A stretch of DNA of 64,000 bases from Eledone cirrhosa. Taxonomy: Eukaryota. Shown in pieces: positions 25,637-40,848 of this stretch (the first letter of the stretch is position 1; every line of letters starts with the position of its first letter). The notes under the pieces are model-generated. The model saw nothing but the letters and a program-made list of their open reading frames with translations, ran no database searches and was not told the DNA's origin. The stretch spans positions 32,922,001-32,986,000 of the forward strand of contig OZ024742.1 of assembly GCA_964016885.1 (NCBI GenBank), written 5' to 3'. Made by a program: the position numbers and the translations under genes.

Positions 25637-25729
25637 GTAAAAAAGATATTTCTAATTTTGCAAAACAAACAAGTAAAATAATAAAAGAAAGTAAATATAT
25701 ATATACAAAACAGAACAACTCATCTAACC

Positions 25730-26657
25730 CATGCTGGAAAGAAGACGCAGTAGAGGTAGACCACGAAAAACATGGGTGGAGGTGGTGAGAGCAAACCTCA
25801 GATCGCTGAAACTCACCGAGGAGATGATGAAGAACCGTGACATGTGGAAAGATGCTGTGCTGAATAGGACCCATCCAACCCTTGCAAGCAGGGAAAAGCG
25901 GACGTAAAATGATGATGATATATATATACACACACTAATAATAAAAAGGATGAAGTGTTAGATCTTCATTATGTTTATTGAGGTGTGACGTGAGTTTCGT
26001 GATTGATCAGCTCAAGGTTCGATCTGTATTGATCTGGCCCAACTCTGGAATCAATAGCTCCCTAAAGATATATATATGAGAGAATATTACGTTGGTATGG
26101 TCATGTGATGCGTATGAAAGACGACAGCTGTATAAAAAAGTGCAGGGCAATCAAAATTGATGGAAGTTACAGAGTAGGTAGACCCAGAAAAACCTGGGAC
26201 GACATGATAAATTCCAACCTTGCACACTTGCACCTCTCTAAGACAATGTCACTGGACCGAGATCTTTGGCACCACACTAATACAGAAGACCCGCCATCCC
26301 TACGTGCAAAGTTAACCTAGTCAGTAGGCTCCTCCAAACCAAACATACACCCCAACCCACTGCCCCTACTCCATCCCCCCACTCCCACCAACACCACCCT
26401 TTCTCTATAAGGTTATGTTGGTACCACAACACCCAGTCCAAACTAAAGTGGTTGTGTAGGTGTCACGACAAAAAAGCTCCCAGTCCACACTGTAAACATG
26501 GTTGGTGTTAGGAAGGGCATCCATCTGTAGAAAACCTGCCAATAGTCCTATACGAGCAAGACATGGTCACCCGACCAATCTTGTCTCAAGTAGGACAATT
26601 CCCATCTAACCCATGCTAGCATGGAAGATAGACATTAAACGATGATGATGATGATAT
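25730..26657 (+). mobile_element. Two RTE LINE 3' fragments with (GAT)n tails
   Basis: GRPRKTW motifs at about 25755 and 26180; tails near 25915 and 26645. Confidence 0.85.
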
Positions 26658-27116
26658 AGAAGGTAGTGCTGAACAGTTCCTGGCTTTCAGGGTATTGAAG
26701 CGGCCTGGTTGGAGACACAACATTCTGAGTTCTTTTTACAAGGCTTAGAAAAACAGAAGGAACTGTGCAATATGTGTATGAATCTGAGAGGGGAATATGT
26801 TGAATAAAATCATAATCAACTGATCCTCCTGGAATGATGAAGACCCAGCCACAACCATCAATGATCTGACCCATCCATGATCCCTTCACACTAGCACTCA
26901 GTATAGTATATAATATAAAAACATGATGTTTATCCCTTTAGCATTTAAACCGGCAGCATCCGGCCGGAATTCTATCACCTCTTTCTCATACTGACATTTA
27001 GGTATTGTTCTCAAAATAAATAATATCAAAATCTCATAGATTCGATATTATGGGAGATATAAATATACTATACTGAACGCTTCAGTTATATATAAATATA
27101 TTATTTACATTTCCAG

Positions 27117-27278
27117 AAGTAAATGGGACCAGTATTTCACAAATAACGTCTGTGTTTCTGGATCCATTCCTTTCACTGCTGGGAGTCAGCTATTTGCTTC
27201 TCTGTGGTGTCCGTACATGTATGATGGATTGGAGCCAGTTGTATCTGATCCATGAGAAGCAATTATGTCCCATACTGA
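27117..27278 (+). CDS. SLC37A4: SLC37A4-like exon 6 (...FLDPFLSLLGVSYLLLCGVRTCMMDWSQLYLIHEKQLCPIL)
   Basis: ttccag acceptor and GTAAGT donor, 162 bp. Matches human [34 protein letters not shown]. Confidence 0.93.
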
Positions 27279-27424
27279 GTAAGTTAGCACAGTTATCTCT
27301 CCTTGCTCTCGCTGCTGCTGTTGTTGTTCTTAATGTTTTCCTTTTTCAAGTGCCATTATTTTATTTTTATTTGTTCCTTGCTTCTTTAAAAATCTTCTTT
27401 CCAACTCTCTTCTCTCTTTCTCTT

Positions 27425-27462
<38 letters not shown>

Positions 27463-28029
27463 CAGATTCTGATTTTCTCTGAAAGCCTTAGAGTTGGATT
27501 ATCTTTGCCTAAATATCAGCATTTTGCTAATTTATTTGGATTATTTTTGTTTTATCATTTTTTATCATGAAATCACTTCAATAATCTTCAGTTTTCAAAC
27601 CATATATTTCTACTTTATCATCCCCTCCTCTTTTATAATCTGTTTGGTTTTGACCGGTAAACCAATGTGTGATTTGTTGGAATTCCAGATATGAATTCCG
27701 TCCAATTTTAAACATGATTAACACTTTTGTGACCATATTTCTAACAAAATATGCCATATTTCAATTAATTAATAAAATATTTTGAGAGATTTACTAAAGT
27801 TATTAATTATTTCGTTATTAGATAGAAATTTAAGATATGGTTCTTATATAAAATCACATTGGAACATTTTTATTTAAAATGGGTTTGTTTGTTTCATGGA
27901 ACCAAACCTGGTTTTGGTTGGGTTGGTATAAAAAAGGTAAACAACAAGAAGCTCTGAATATGTTATCATGTAATGTTTTCATAGTACCCTTTGTTTCCAT
28001 AACAATTTACCCATTTATTTCATTTCTAG

Positions 28030-28115
28030 GTAGCATGGTATCTTGCAGTATGGAAGTTGGTGGTATAGCTGGTTCTGTAGTGTCTGGTATTTGGTCTGAC
28101 AAAGCTAGCAAAAGT
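28030..28115 (+). CDS. SLC37A4: SLC37A4-like exon 7 (SSMVSCSMEVGGIAGSVVSGIWSDKASKS)
   Basis: ttctag acceptor and gtaagc donor, 86 bp. Matches human ALEVGGLVGSIAAGYLSD. Confidence 0.93.
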
Positions 28116-29145
28116 GTAAGCAAACTATTTTTTGATTTTTAGTAAAAAAAAATTAATTCTTGGTACTTACTTATTTGGTTAAGCTTGGATAAGTGAAACA
28201 ACTAATACTTTCAAATGCAAAGAACATATAAAATATGTTTATACAGTTCAAATGCAATATATACTATATATATATGTATATACTTGCTATACATATATAG
28301 CTTCTTATTTACATGGAAGAAGGACAGGTGATGTATTGGTGTAATGGTAGCATAGTGGTCTGGATAACCAAAGATGTGGGTTCAACTCTTATGTATATCA
28401 ATTCTCAATCTTTTTCCATTCAGAGGGTGGTATAAGCTTATATTTCTACTTTATTTCATTTATATATATGTTCAAAGTAAACCTCTTAAGACTGTTTTTT
28501 AAAGGCATCATAAAAAGGTTAGAGAGAATTTTAAAAGATCCATTTTAAAATTAGAATAGTTTTCAACCAGCAATAACCATGCCTCAGATAACTCTCATTG
28601 GCTATGGTACTGCCTCTGAATAAGTGCCAAGACAACCAATCTTGCCTCACGTGGGACAATTCCCGTCTAAACCCATGCTAGCATGGAAGATAGACGTTAA
28701 ACGATGATGATGATGATGATGATGATTTTAATGAATTCTCCTGCTCTCTGTATGTGGAGATAAAATCTTGCTGAAGTCAACTTTGCCTTTCATCCTTTTG
28801 GAGTGAATAAAGTACCAAGCTAGAGACAATGGATTGGTAGAATTCTTCAAAAGTTGGAAAAGATATTTACAGTATCTGTTTTATCTCTGTACATTCTGAG
28901 TTTAAATCTCACCTCCTAACACAGAAAAATCTGTGGTGTTACTGCCAGGTGTTGTGACTTGCAGATGGTATCGGTAATAGAAAGACAACTGGAAACAGTT
29001 TCTTTGATCCAGTACAATGACTGGTCCCTTTCATTTCCTTTCTTTCTTCTTTTAACCTTCTTCTCTATTTAACTGTTTCAAAAAAAAAAAAAAAATACCA
29101 AGAAAACAATAATATTTACTATTTTCTTTTTCTGTTTTCTCACAG

Positions 29146-29259
29146 CCAGGATCTGTCAGTAGAGTTCAATGCCGTTTAGATATTGCCCGAAACTTTTGTT
29201 TTGGTGTTGTTATATTCCTCTACATCTTCATTCATCATGTCACCCATGACTCTAGTCAG
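29146..29259 (+). CDS. SLC37A4: SLC37A4-like exon 8 (PGSVSRVQCRLDIARNFCFGVVIFLYIFIHHVTHDSSQ)
   Basis: Pyrimidine tract with cacag acceptor and gtaaaa donor, 114 bp, phase 0-0. Matches human ...MYLFRVTVTSDSPK. Confidence 0.88.
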
Positions 29260-31099
29260 GTAAAACTTACTTATATTATTTAACACATATTGAGCAGTGG
29301 ATTGGCAGAATTGTTAGAGCATCAGACAAAATCTTTTGTAGCATTTAGTTATGACACTTGTTTTAAGTTCAAATTCCAATGGGGCAAGCTTTGCCTTTTG
29401 TCCTTCCAGGGTTGGTAAAATAAAGTACAAGTCAAGTACTGAGGTTGATTTCATCAACTGACCCCTTCCTCCTAAAATTTCTGGCATCATATCTATGCTA
29501 GAAACAATTATTTAACATATATAATTATTAGTTCTAATTTAGGCACATGTCCAGCAATTTGTGAGGAAGAGAAGGTTGATTATATGGACTCCAGTTCTTG
29601 ACTGGTACTTTATTTTATCGACCCTAGAAGGACGAAAGGCAAAACTGACCATGGCAGGATTTGAACTCAGAACTTAAAGAGCCGTCACTAAATGCTGCAA
29701 AGCATTTTGCTCAACACTCTTTCAATTCTGCGAGTTCACCTTCGATTTTAGCATTTATAATAATTGGTATGCCATATATATGAGGTTCACTGGAGCATTT
29801 ATAACAATCATACAAACTGGGAAATTTGCATTTTGATAAATCAATGATTTGCATAAGAGAAACCCTATAGTTTGTGTTGATTACTCATACATGGAAGTGA
29901 TCAAAGATAAAAATGATATTTTAATAATTTATTTCTAGGATATTATTAAATAAGTGTTCAGCATGTGTCTATAAATGACATACAAGATTAAATGGATGAG
30001 TGACTTTGAAGAAATAGCTATTTACATGGACAGGTGTAGGGTTAGAACTCAGAACCTTGTGACTGGAAAGCAAAGTTCTTGTTGTATCAACGTGGCTGAG
30101 ATAGGAAATGCACTGTGTGTGTTTGTCATTTCATTTCATCATTTCATTTTATGTCCGCTTTTCCCTGCTTGCAAGGGTGGGACGGGAACTGATTCTGGCT
30201 TGATTTCTACAGCTGGATGCCCTTCCTAACACCAACCTCATTTACAGTGAGTGCTGGGTGCTTTTTTGCCGTGGCACCTACACGTCCACTTTGCAGTGGA
30301 ATGATATGAACCCCAGTCCCTATCATCTCATTTCTACAGCTGAGTAAACTGGAGCAATGTGAAATAAAGTGTCTTGCTCAAGGAAACAACACATCACCCG
30401 GTCTGAGAATTGAACTCACAACCTTTCGATTGCAAGGCCAATGCTCTAACCACTAAGCCATGTGCCTCCTTTGTGTGTGTGTAAATTTTAAAATTACAGA
30501 CTGATATAAATATATAAGTATACAAACACACATGTAGCATTAAATGTATCTCATTTTTGGAGTCCAGGATTATTATGCCATATATATGAGGTTCACTGGA
30601 TGAACAATCATACAAACTGGGAAATTTGCAGTTTGATAAATTGATGATTTGCATAAGAAAAACCCTATAGTTTATATTGAGCTGATTATATTATTGATTG
30701 AGCTGATCAAAGATAAGAATATTTTTATAATTTATTTCTAGGATATAATTAAATAAATATTTAGCATGTATCTATAAATGGCATACATTATTTGGCAGTA
30801 TCGGTAGAGGGTCGGACACCATGCTTTGCAGCATAGAGTTACGACCCTTTATTGTCTCAGTTCAAATCCCGCCGAGGTTAACTTTGCCTTCCATCTTTAT
30901 GGGATCAATAAAATAAAACTCCAGTAATGTACTGGGGTATTTACTGGCCTTGTGTCAAAAGTAGAAATAATTATTAAATGGATGAGTGCATTGTGTATGT
31001 TTGTGTTGTAAATTTTAAAGTTATAGACAGATATAAATGTATATAAGTATACAAAAACATGGCATATTTATATGGTTGATGTTTGTTTCATTGTAACAG

Positions 31100-31238
31100 A
31101 TATTTGCTGTTTTTATTGGATTTGGAATTGGTTTCTTTGTATACGGCCCTCTCACTATCAGTGGAGTTGTCGCTCTAGAGTCAGTGCCACGACATATGTC
31201 TGGGGCTGCTTCTTCTGTCTGTTCAGCTTTTGGAAATG
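31100..31238 (+). CDS. SLC37A4: SLC37A4-like exon 9 (IFAVFIGFGIGFFVYGPLTISGVVALESVPRHMSGAASSVCSAFGN)
   Basis: aacag acceptor and gtaaat donor, 139 bp. Matches human [20 protein letters not shown]. Confidence 0.93.
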
Positions 31239-31531
31239 GTAAATTTGCATTTTATAATTTTGATACAAAATTGCCTGAAATTGTCCTGGATTTAGGATAC
31301 ACAACTGCTCATTTAAAAATGTATAACCTTATATTGAAATGTTTCTTAACAAATGTTCTAAATATCATCTTACTAATAAAAAAATTTAATTATTTTATTG
31401 AATTCCTCTAAATGTTGGGTTATTTTCAAAATTAATTGAAACACATAGGCTGTGTATTTCATTAGAGATACAGTAATGACAGGATAAAAGGTGGCAAAGT
31501 GGCAGAGTTATTAGAGCATTGGATTAATTAA

Positions 31532-31739
31532 CCCTTTAGCATTTACATTACTCTATATATACTATTGTATTTTCCTGTATCTCACATAATATCTCACATT
31601 ATATCAAATCTGAGATTTTGATATTTTATATTTTGAGAACAATTCCTTAACATCAATATGAGTGGCTAGTTACAGCTGGTTTGAACAGATAGAGGTGACA
31701 TAATTATGGCCGAATACAACCGGTTTAAATGCTAAAGGG
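31532..31739. mobile_element. piggyBac-type MITE inserted in a SINE
   Basis: TTAA on both sides; TIR ccctttagcattta / taaatgctaaaggg. Other copies at 53236-53456 and, partially, 26934-27070. Confidence 0.85.
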
Positions 31740-32244
31740 TTAAATGCTCTGTGGTAATCGTTCTGGCTGTCTGTGCTCTCTTCAGATCCCGACAAAGTCA
31801 ACTTTGCCTTTTGCTCTTTCACAGTTAATGAATAAAGTAGTAATCCAAGGTAGTGAATTGGCAGAACTATTAAAGTGTTTAATGGTATGTCTTGTGGTAT
31901 CTGTGTATTCTGAGTTAAAATCCCACTTTGTATCACTCGAAAGATCTCTGGAATACTCAGCTATTTACATGTTAATTCAACAAGTAGACTATTCTGTTGA
32001 TCAAATTAAACAGTTTGAACATTTATTGTCAAAACCAACTGAGATTGATTTACTTTTACAACAATAAATCAATCTCCGGGTCAACATTTTAAAGTACTTA
32101 TCTTATCATTCTCCATTTGTTGAACCACTAAGTTATGGCATATAAACAGGCATAAACATAGACACACACACACCTATGCATGCATACACATATGCATGCA
32201 TGCACACACACAATTCTGGAAATACACATATATATATGTATGTG

Positions 32245-32283
<39 letters not shown>

Positions 32284-33500
32284 TAGGAAAGAAAATAAGG
32301 CGGCGGTCCCTTCTGGGAAATGGCCATGCTCAGTGTGTAGGAAAGGCGTAGGTAGAAACTCCATTTTATGTCCCAAATGCAAAGTATGGGTGCATAAAAG
32401 ATGTAGTGGGATCACAGGTAAGCTAACTAAGAACATAGATTTTACATGTGGCCGGTGCTCTGGTGCAATAAGTAGCAGCAAGTGCCCACAAAATACTAGC
32501 TCTTTCAATTGCGCAGAGGGTACTATAGAAATAGTGGACAGCTTCCGTTACCTGGGTGACAAAATCAGCAGTGGGGGAGGGTGCTCTGAAAGTACAGTAG
32601 CTAGAGTCAGAACTGGTTGGAAAAAGTTCAGAGAGCTTATACCACTATTAGCTGCTAAAGGGTTCTCCCTAAAAATGAAAGGCAGGTTGTATGATGCCTG
32701 CATACGAACAGCAATGTTGCATGGCAGTGAGACCTGGGCATTGTGTGCAGAGGATATACACAGACTAGAGAGGAACGAAGCTTGCATGCTCCGCTGGATG
32801 TGTAACAGTAATATACGTGAACGGCAAAGCATAAACGAACTAAGGAAAAAAAAATTAGAAATAAGAGGGATCAGATGTTGTTTACTCGAGAGAAGGCTAC
32901 GTTGGTATGGACACGTGATGCGCATGAAAGTCGATAGCTGTATAACAAAGTGCAGGGCAATAAAGATAGACGGTAGCCACGGAATAGGCAGACCTAGAAA
33001 AACCTGGGACGAGCTGATAAACTCCGACCTCACACACTTACACCTCTCCAAGACAATGTCACTGGACCGAGACCTTTGGAGGTACTCAGTAACAGAGAAG
33101 ACCCGCCTTACCTAAATACATAGTAAAACTTACTACAGCCAGTAGGCATCTCTAACAAAATACCCCGTCCCACCACCCCCACCCCCACCACATCCACACC
33201 ACCCCGTTCTATGTAAAGTTATGTTGGTGCCACACCATCCAGGCCGAAACAAATGAGATCGTGTAGGTGTCACGACAAAAAAACACACAGTCCACGCTGT
33301 AATGTGGCCGTGTAGGCAACACGGTAAAAACCTCCCAGACCCACACTGTAAATGTGGTTGGTGTTAGGAAGGGCATCCAACTGTAGAAAACCTGCCAGAC
33401 AGTCCTATGCGAGCAAGACAATCACTCTTGCCTCAAGTGGGACTACCCCCGTCCAAACCCATGCAAGCGTGGAACACGGACGTTAAACGTTGATGATGAT
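32284..33500 (+). mobile_element. 5'-truncated RTE LINE (PHD-like Cys cluster, C-terminal domain, 3'UTR, (GAT)n tail)
   Basis: Open frame [30 protein letters not shown]...LHGSETW...LRWYGHV...GRPRKTW; TA repeats on both sides. Confidence 0.92.
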
Positions 33501-33529
33501 ATATATATATGTATATATATATATATATG

Positions 33530-33570
<41 letters not shown>

Positions 33571-33587
33571 GTATATATATATGTATA

Positions 33588-33625
<38 letters not shown>

Positions 33626-33744
33626 TATATATGTATATATATATATGTATATATATATGTATATATATGTATATATATACATATATATATATATGTATAT
33701 ATATGTATATATATATGTATATATATGTGTATATATGTGTATAT

Positions 33745-33834
<90 letters not shown>

Positions 33835-33907
33835 GTATGTATATATATATGTATATATATGTATATATATATATATGTATATATATGTATATATATATAT
33901 ATGTATA

Positions 33908-33946
<39 letters not shown>

Positions 33947-34017
33947 ATATATATATATATATGTATATATATGTATATATGTGTATATATATATATATAT
34001 GTATATATATGTATATA

Positions 34018-34104
<87 letters not shown>

Positions 34105-34105
34105 G

Positions 34106-34140
<35 letters not shown>

Positions 34141-34141
34141 G

Positions 34142-34196
<55 letters not shown>

Positions 34197-34199
34197 GTA

Positions 34200-34282
<83 letters not shown>

Positions 34283-34283
34283 G

Positions 34284-34338
<55 letters not shown>

Positions 34339-34361
34339 GTATATATGTATATATATATATG

Positions 34362-34408
<47 letters not shown>

Positions 34409-34617
34409 GTATATATATATGTATATATGTATATATATATATATGTGTATATATATATATGTGTATATATATATATATGTGTATATATATATATGTGTAT
34501 ATATATATATATGTGTATATATATATATATGTGTATATATATATATATGTATATGTATATATATGTATATATATATATATGTATATATATGTACATATAT
34601 ATATATATATATATATG

Positions 34618-34705
<88 letters not shown>

Positions 34706-34718
34706 TATACATATATAT
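33498..34718. repeat. (TA)n/(TATG) compound microsatellite
   Basis: Seen directly in the sequence. Confidence 0.98.
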
Positions 34719-35271
34719 AACCTGTCTCATGGTCGGGCCGTTGGCGACTAAACCCCACCAAGGTTTCTTGGTGAGGAGGGTGACTTTGGACATCCTGCAG
34801 GACTAAAAACAAAACCTGTCAAAGGGCAAAGGAGCTCTTAAGAGTCAATGGCCATCCAAAATCACTGGGAGAGATGACCCCTTAGCCTTTGTCAAGGCAG
34901 AATTCTAGGAGAAGGAAAACTCTGATATAACACCTGCAACCCTGATGGTATCCAATGATGTTGACTTGTTCTTCTTTTTGGTAAATATCATCTTGGTTAA
35001 GAGAGTGGGACTGGCTTTGTGCAGTGCCTTTGCTCACTATAAAAGCTTCACGGCACAGGCATTGCTTTATATCTGGAGATCTCTCTGCACTTGTCGTCAC
35101 ATGGTACCATGGGCCCAACACTATGTGTCCATAATTGTCACAAGTGTAGTCTTTGTACCAGAGTTTTCAAGTCGCTGGCTGGACTAAAAAGTCACTCGTT
35201 CAGCGCATCAGTAGGGGTTCTCCTACATGGATATAAAGTAGTGGCCGTACTCGAAAACGAGTTGGCAGCCA

Positions 35272-35274
<3 letters not shown>
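34719..35274 (+). mobile_element. Internally deleted RTE-type element (5'UTR-like head plus 3' C2H2 tail) inside a TA array
   Basis: ggagaaggaaaactctga motif typical of RTE 5'UTRs; [17 protein letters not shown] zinc-finger remnant typical of RTE/BovB C-termini; TA flanks. Confidence 0.55.
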
Positions 35275-36320
<1,046 letters not shown>

Positions 36321-36637
36321 TTAGTTTCTCTCTTGGTGTGGTGATCCTAGCTATTTCTTGTATTAGGTTACGAAGATCTATAGAGTATTAGGTAAGAAGA
36401 TCTATAGAGAATTAAGTCATCAAGAAAAACATAAGCGTAACCTAATACAAGAAATAGCTAGGATCACCAAGAGAGAAACTAATATTTATAAGCCTTATAC
36501 GTCCTGAAGAACAGTACATTACTCAAGAATGTGATAAGCACTTTAACAAGAAACTAAAGTGGCTTAAGCAGATAAAGCTAAATCAGGATACTATAGAGAA
36601 TACCAATAGATATCCCGACAAAATTGACGGTATAAAT

Positions 36638-39600
36638 ATGGCCGACACCTCATTAACAGATGAGTTCAACAACAACAACAACACAAATATATACGGCAAC
36701 ACCGTAATAGATGACGATGAGATATCTGTATCGTGTCTACCCCCGAAATTTGCGACATTCAAGAAGGTAAATATGATTAGTTGTCTGTCAGAAATAGAAA
36801 AATCAATTACAAAACTACGCTGGAGCCTCAAAAACAAAAACAAAAACAAAAGCAACAATATACGCACACACATATACAACACACATCCCAACAACAACAG
36901 ACACACAGACACAAACAACAATAACAACAACAACACACACACCAACAATAACAACAACAACAACATACCCAGAAACAACAACAACAGACACGCAGACACA
37001 AACAACAATAACAACACACACGGAGACAACAACAACACACATCAACAACAGCACACATCAACAACAACAACACACACACATTCAATGCCTCTCACCACCA
37101 CCACAATCTTAACAAACACACAGACACAGAAAACAAGTAATGACAGTAGCACAGAAATCACAGAAATAAGGGAAAGTAATAGGATTAAAAGGAGAAGGGA
37201 GACTAAGGACAAAGAAAATAACCAAGACGAACACACAGACACACAAAATAGGGTAGATAACAACAATGAGCCAGTGGAAAGAGACAGGAGTAATTATGAG
37301 AGACATAGAAACAACCATGAGGCTGTTGGTGGAAATAGAAATAGAAACAACACAACTAACAATAACAATAGCACTAGTACACATAAAGCAGCAGCCTGGA
37401 ACTCTACTTTTTATAATCCCTCCGATAAATCGTCCTGCGACGAGTCCACGCTACGACTTTACCATTTAACAAACGCACGCAATTGCCGTCGCAGGTCGAT
37501 GAACAAACAGAAGCACAATTTAGTATAGCTAGATCCGAACTTAGAAATATTATAGAACAGTATAGCAAGAAGCATAATAGAATGGAGGCCCAGCAACTGG
37601 GAGAAAAATCTGCAAATGGCTTGCGTAAGCTCATGCAGCGCTCGCGTAATGGAGAGATAGCATGCTTTCCAACAGACAAGTCTGGCAGAATGTCGGTTGA
37701 CAGCCTGCCAAACTACATCCAGGCAATGCAACCCCACATCACTAACACAAGAGAGGTAACACCACAGGAGCATGAGGATAGAGAAAAAGCCCTCAATGCC
37801 CATATGGTGATGTGGACGAATATAATGCAGCCCAACAAAAGGACTGCCAACAACTTCCAGGCCTGGAACAATGACGTGCCGGTGTTGTATGGGCTTCGAA
37901 AAGACCATAAAACGGGCAGTGACCCTGTCGCGGGACCACCAACACGGCCAGTCTGTGGAGCTAACATTGCTAGTAACTACAGACTGTCCTACTTCCTCTC
38001 CCTGATCATACGCCCCATCATTGAAATGTCCCCAGATGTATGTGACAGCACGGAGGACCTCCTCAGCAGAATCGGCGTGAGTAACCGATCTAGGGACCTA
38101 ACAAACTGCATAATAGGTAGTATGGATGTTGTGTCCCTGTATCCATCTATTGACGTGGATTTTGCTGTGGAGAAATGCGTAGAAATGATCAGTGAGAGCA
38201 ATGTTGAGTTCCGTGGGATTGATACCAGTGAGCTGGGACTCCTACTTAAACTTACCTATAGTAATAATTACCTAGACACATATGACCTTAGCAACCTGTG
38301 CCCTACAAGACCAGCAAGAGGCAGACCACCTACCATTACCTCAATGGCCAAGAAAACCCACACAGATAGATGGAACGGGTGGACCAGAGCCATACGGACA
38401 CCCGAAAATCACGATGAACTGAAGAAAATGATTGCACATGCGGTAGGGGCCAGCATAAAACTAACCCTTAAGGAACATATGTTCAAATTTAATGGAAAAA
38501 CATATGCCCAAGAGGAAGGAGCAGCCATTGGTGTTAGCATTGCAGGCGACATAGCTAACTTATTCATGGTATGGTGCATGGTATGGTGGGACAGTAGACT
38601 TAAACTTAAACTTAAAGAACAATTAGAAGACCCCTTAACCCTGATAATGTACTCCCGCTATGTTGATGATATAAACATCGTAGTTAAGACACCCCCACTA
38701 GAGAACAGTCAGGAACTAGAGAAAAACACAATGGAAAGCATCCAGCAAATAGCAAACTCCATCCACCAGAGCATTAGAGTTACTATAGACTACCCAAGTA
38801 AACACCCCAACCATCGATTACCTGTACTAGACACAGAGCTCTGGTTAGATACCATTAACAACAAAAAACAAATCCTCCATTCCCATTATGCCAAACCCAT
38901 GACTTCCAAACATCTGATCCACCGAAACTCGGCCGTTTCGGACCATACCAAAATCAACATACTGATTGCGGATTTGGTACGGGTGATGAGGAATGTGTCC
39001 CGCATGTGCAACCCCGAAGAACTAGAGAGACACGTACAACACTTCATCCACCGTATGCAGTTCTCTGGCTACAATCAGAGAGATAAAATCAGAGTGTATA
39101 GAGGAGCCAGAACCAAATGGGAAAAAATGGTAAATAATGACATAAATGGGACCTGCCCCTTGTATAGGAGCAAATTTTGGAATAGAATAGAAAGAACTAG
39201 GAACAAGGCTAATAGAATAAACTCATGGTATGATAGCAATAAATACCAGAGTGTAATGTTCATCGATACAACCCCTAGAGGTGAATTAGCTTACAAATTT
39301 AGAATGGCCCTAAATAAACATAAACTCAATATTAAGATAGTAGAAAGACCAGGTACCTCCGTAAAAACACTTATTAGCAAGACATACCCTTTTCAAAGAC
39401 CCTCATGTATAGATAAGAAATGTATAACCTGTAAAATAAGCCCCCATATTAACTGTAAAACTAGAAATGTAGTGTATAGCATAAGATGTACTGAAGGACA
39501 ATGTAGAGACAAAAATATAGTGTACATAGGTGAGACAGCTCGTAGTGTAGGGGAACGGATAAATGAACACTGGCGAGACCTTCAAGATAGTAAAGAATAT

Positions 39601-39788
39601 CTGTACTCTACCAACATGCTAAAATAGAACACAAGGGTAAATTAGAGAACATAGAAATAAAAATAGAATCTACACACAGAAAAGACGCAATGTTTAGACA
39701 AATTACAGAGGCAATAAACATAAAAAAATTACAACCAAAATTAAATAGAAAATATGAGTGGAACAGCAACATCACAACTTACAATTAA
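36638..39788 (+). pseudogene. PLE RT/GIY-YIG ORF broken by two frameshifts (near 37440 and 39598)
   Basis: ORFs 36638-37528 and 37483-39627 join. The nuclease continues in another frame as SVLYQHAKIEH...FRQITEAINIKKLQPKLNRKYEWN, with TAA at 39786-39788. A 12-bp duplication (MVWC-MVWW) lies in the RT domain. Confidence 0.88.
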
Positions 39789-39989
39789 GGACAAAATGAA
39801 AACACACACACGCATAGAACAAACAACCAACCAGTAACATGTAAATAAACAAATAAATAAATGAACATAAACACACACAGACACCCGGATGTGGCGCATG
39901 CGCAGACTGAACACACAACACACACACAGAAACAAAATGGCGTAGGACAGAACAAAGGAGAGGCACAGAAACAAAGAAAGGAATCCCCA

Positions 39990-40032
39990 GTCACTGAAGA
40001 GGTCACAGAGTGTGTGACGAAAGAACTATGAC
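39990..40032 (+). ncRNA. Minimal type I hammerhead ribozyme in the PLE 3' pseudo-LTR
   Basis: gtca-CUGAAGA-g-gtcaca(gagtg)tgtgac-GAAA-gaac-UA-tgac. Confidence 0.8.
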
Positions 40033-40172
40033 AATATATAAACAACTATCTGGTTGTGGAACCAACCAACCAGAAATTTATAAATTTATTATAAATTTAT
40101 TATAATAAATTGAAGTGAAAGCAACTGGTGCATGTGTTTCTTATTGACAACATGACCCTCCCAAAGTATAAC

Positions 40173-40186
40173 AATATATATATATG

Positions 40187-40273
<87 letters not shown>

Positions 40274-40612
40274 GTATATATATATATGTATGTATATATA
40301 TATATGTATATATATATGTATGTATATATGTATATATATATATGTGTATATATATATATGTGTATATATATATGTATGTATATATATATGTATGTATATA
40401 TATATATGTATATATATATATGTATATATATATATGTATATATATATATGTATATATATATGTATATATGTATATGTATATATGTATATATATATATGTA
40501 TATATATATATGTATGTATATATATATATGTATGTATATATATATATGTATATATATATATGTATATATATATATGTATATATGTATATATATATATGTA
40601 TATATATATATG

Positions 40613-40644
<32 letters not shown>

Positions 40645-40848
40645 TATGTATGTGTATATATATATATGTATGTATGTATATATATATGTATGTATGTATA
40701 TATATATATGTATATATATATATGTATATATGTATATATATATATGTATATATGTATATATATATATGTATATATGTATATATATATATGTATATATATA
40801 TATGTATATATGTATATATATATGTGTATATATATATGTGTATATATA
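40173..40848. repeat. (TA)n/(TATG) microsatellite
   Basis: Seen directly in the sequence. Confidence 0.98.

Noticed and set aside
36583-37384. Minus-strand Leu/Val/Cys-rich ORFs
   Set aside because: Antisense reading of the (AAC)/(AC)-rich tract of the PLE ORF.
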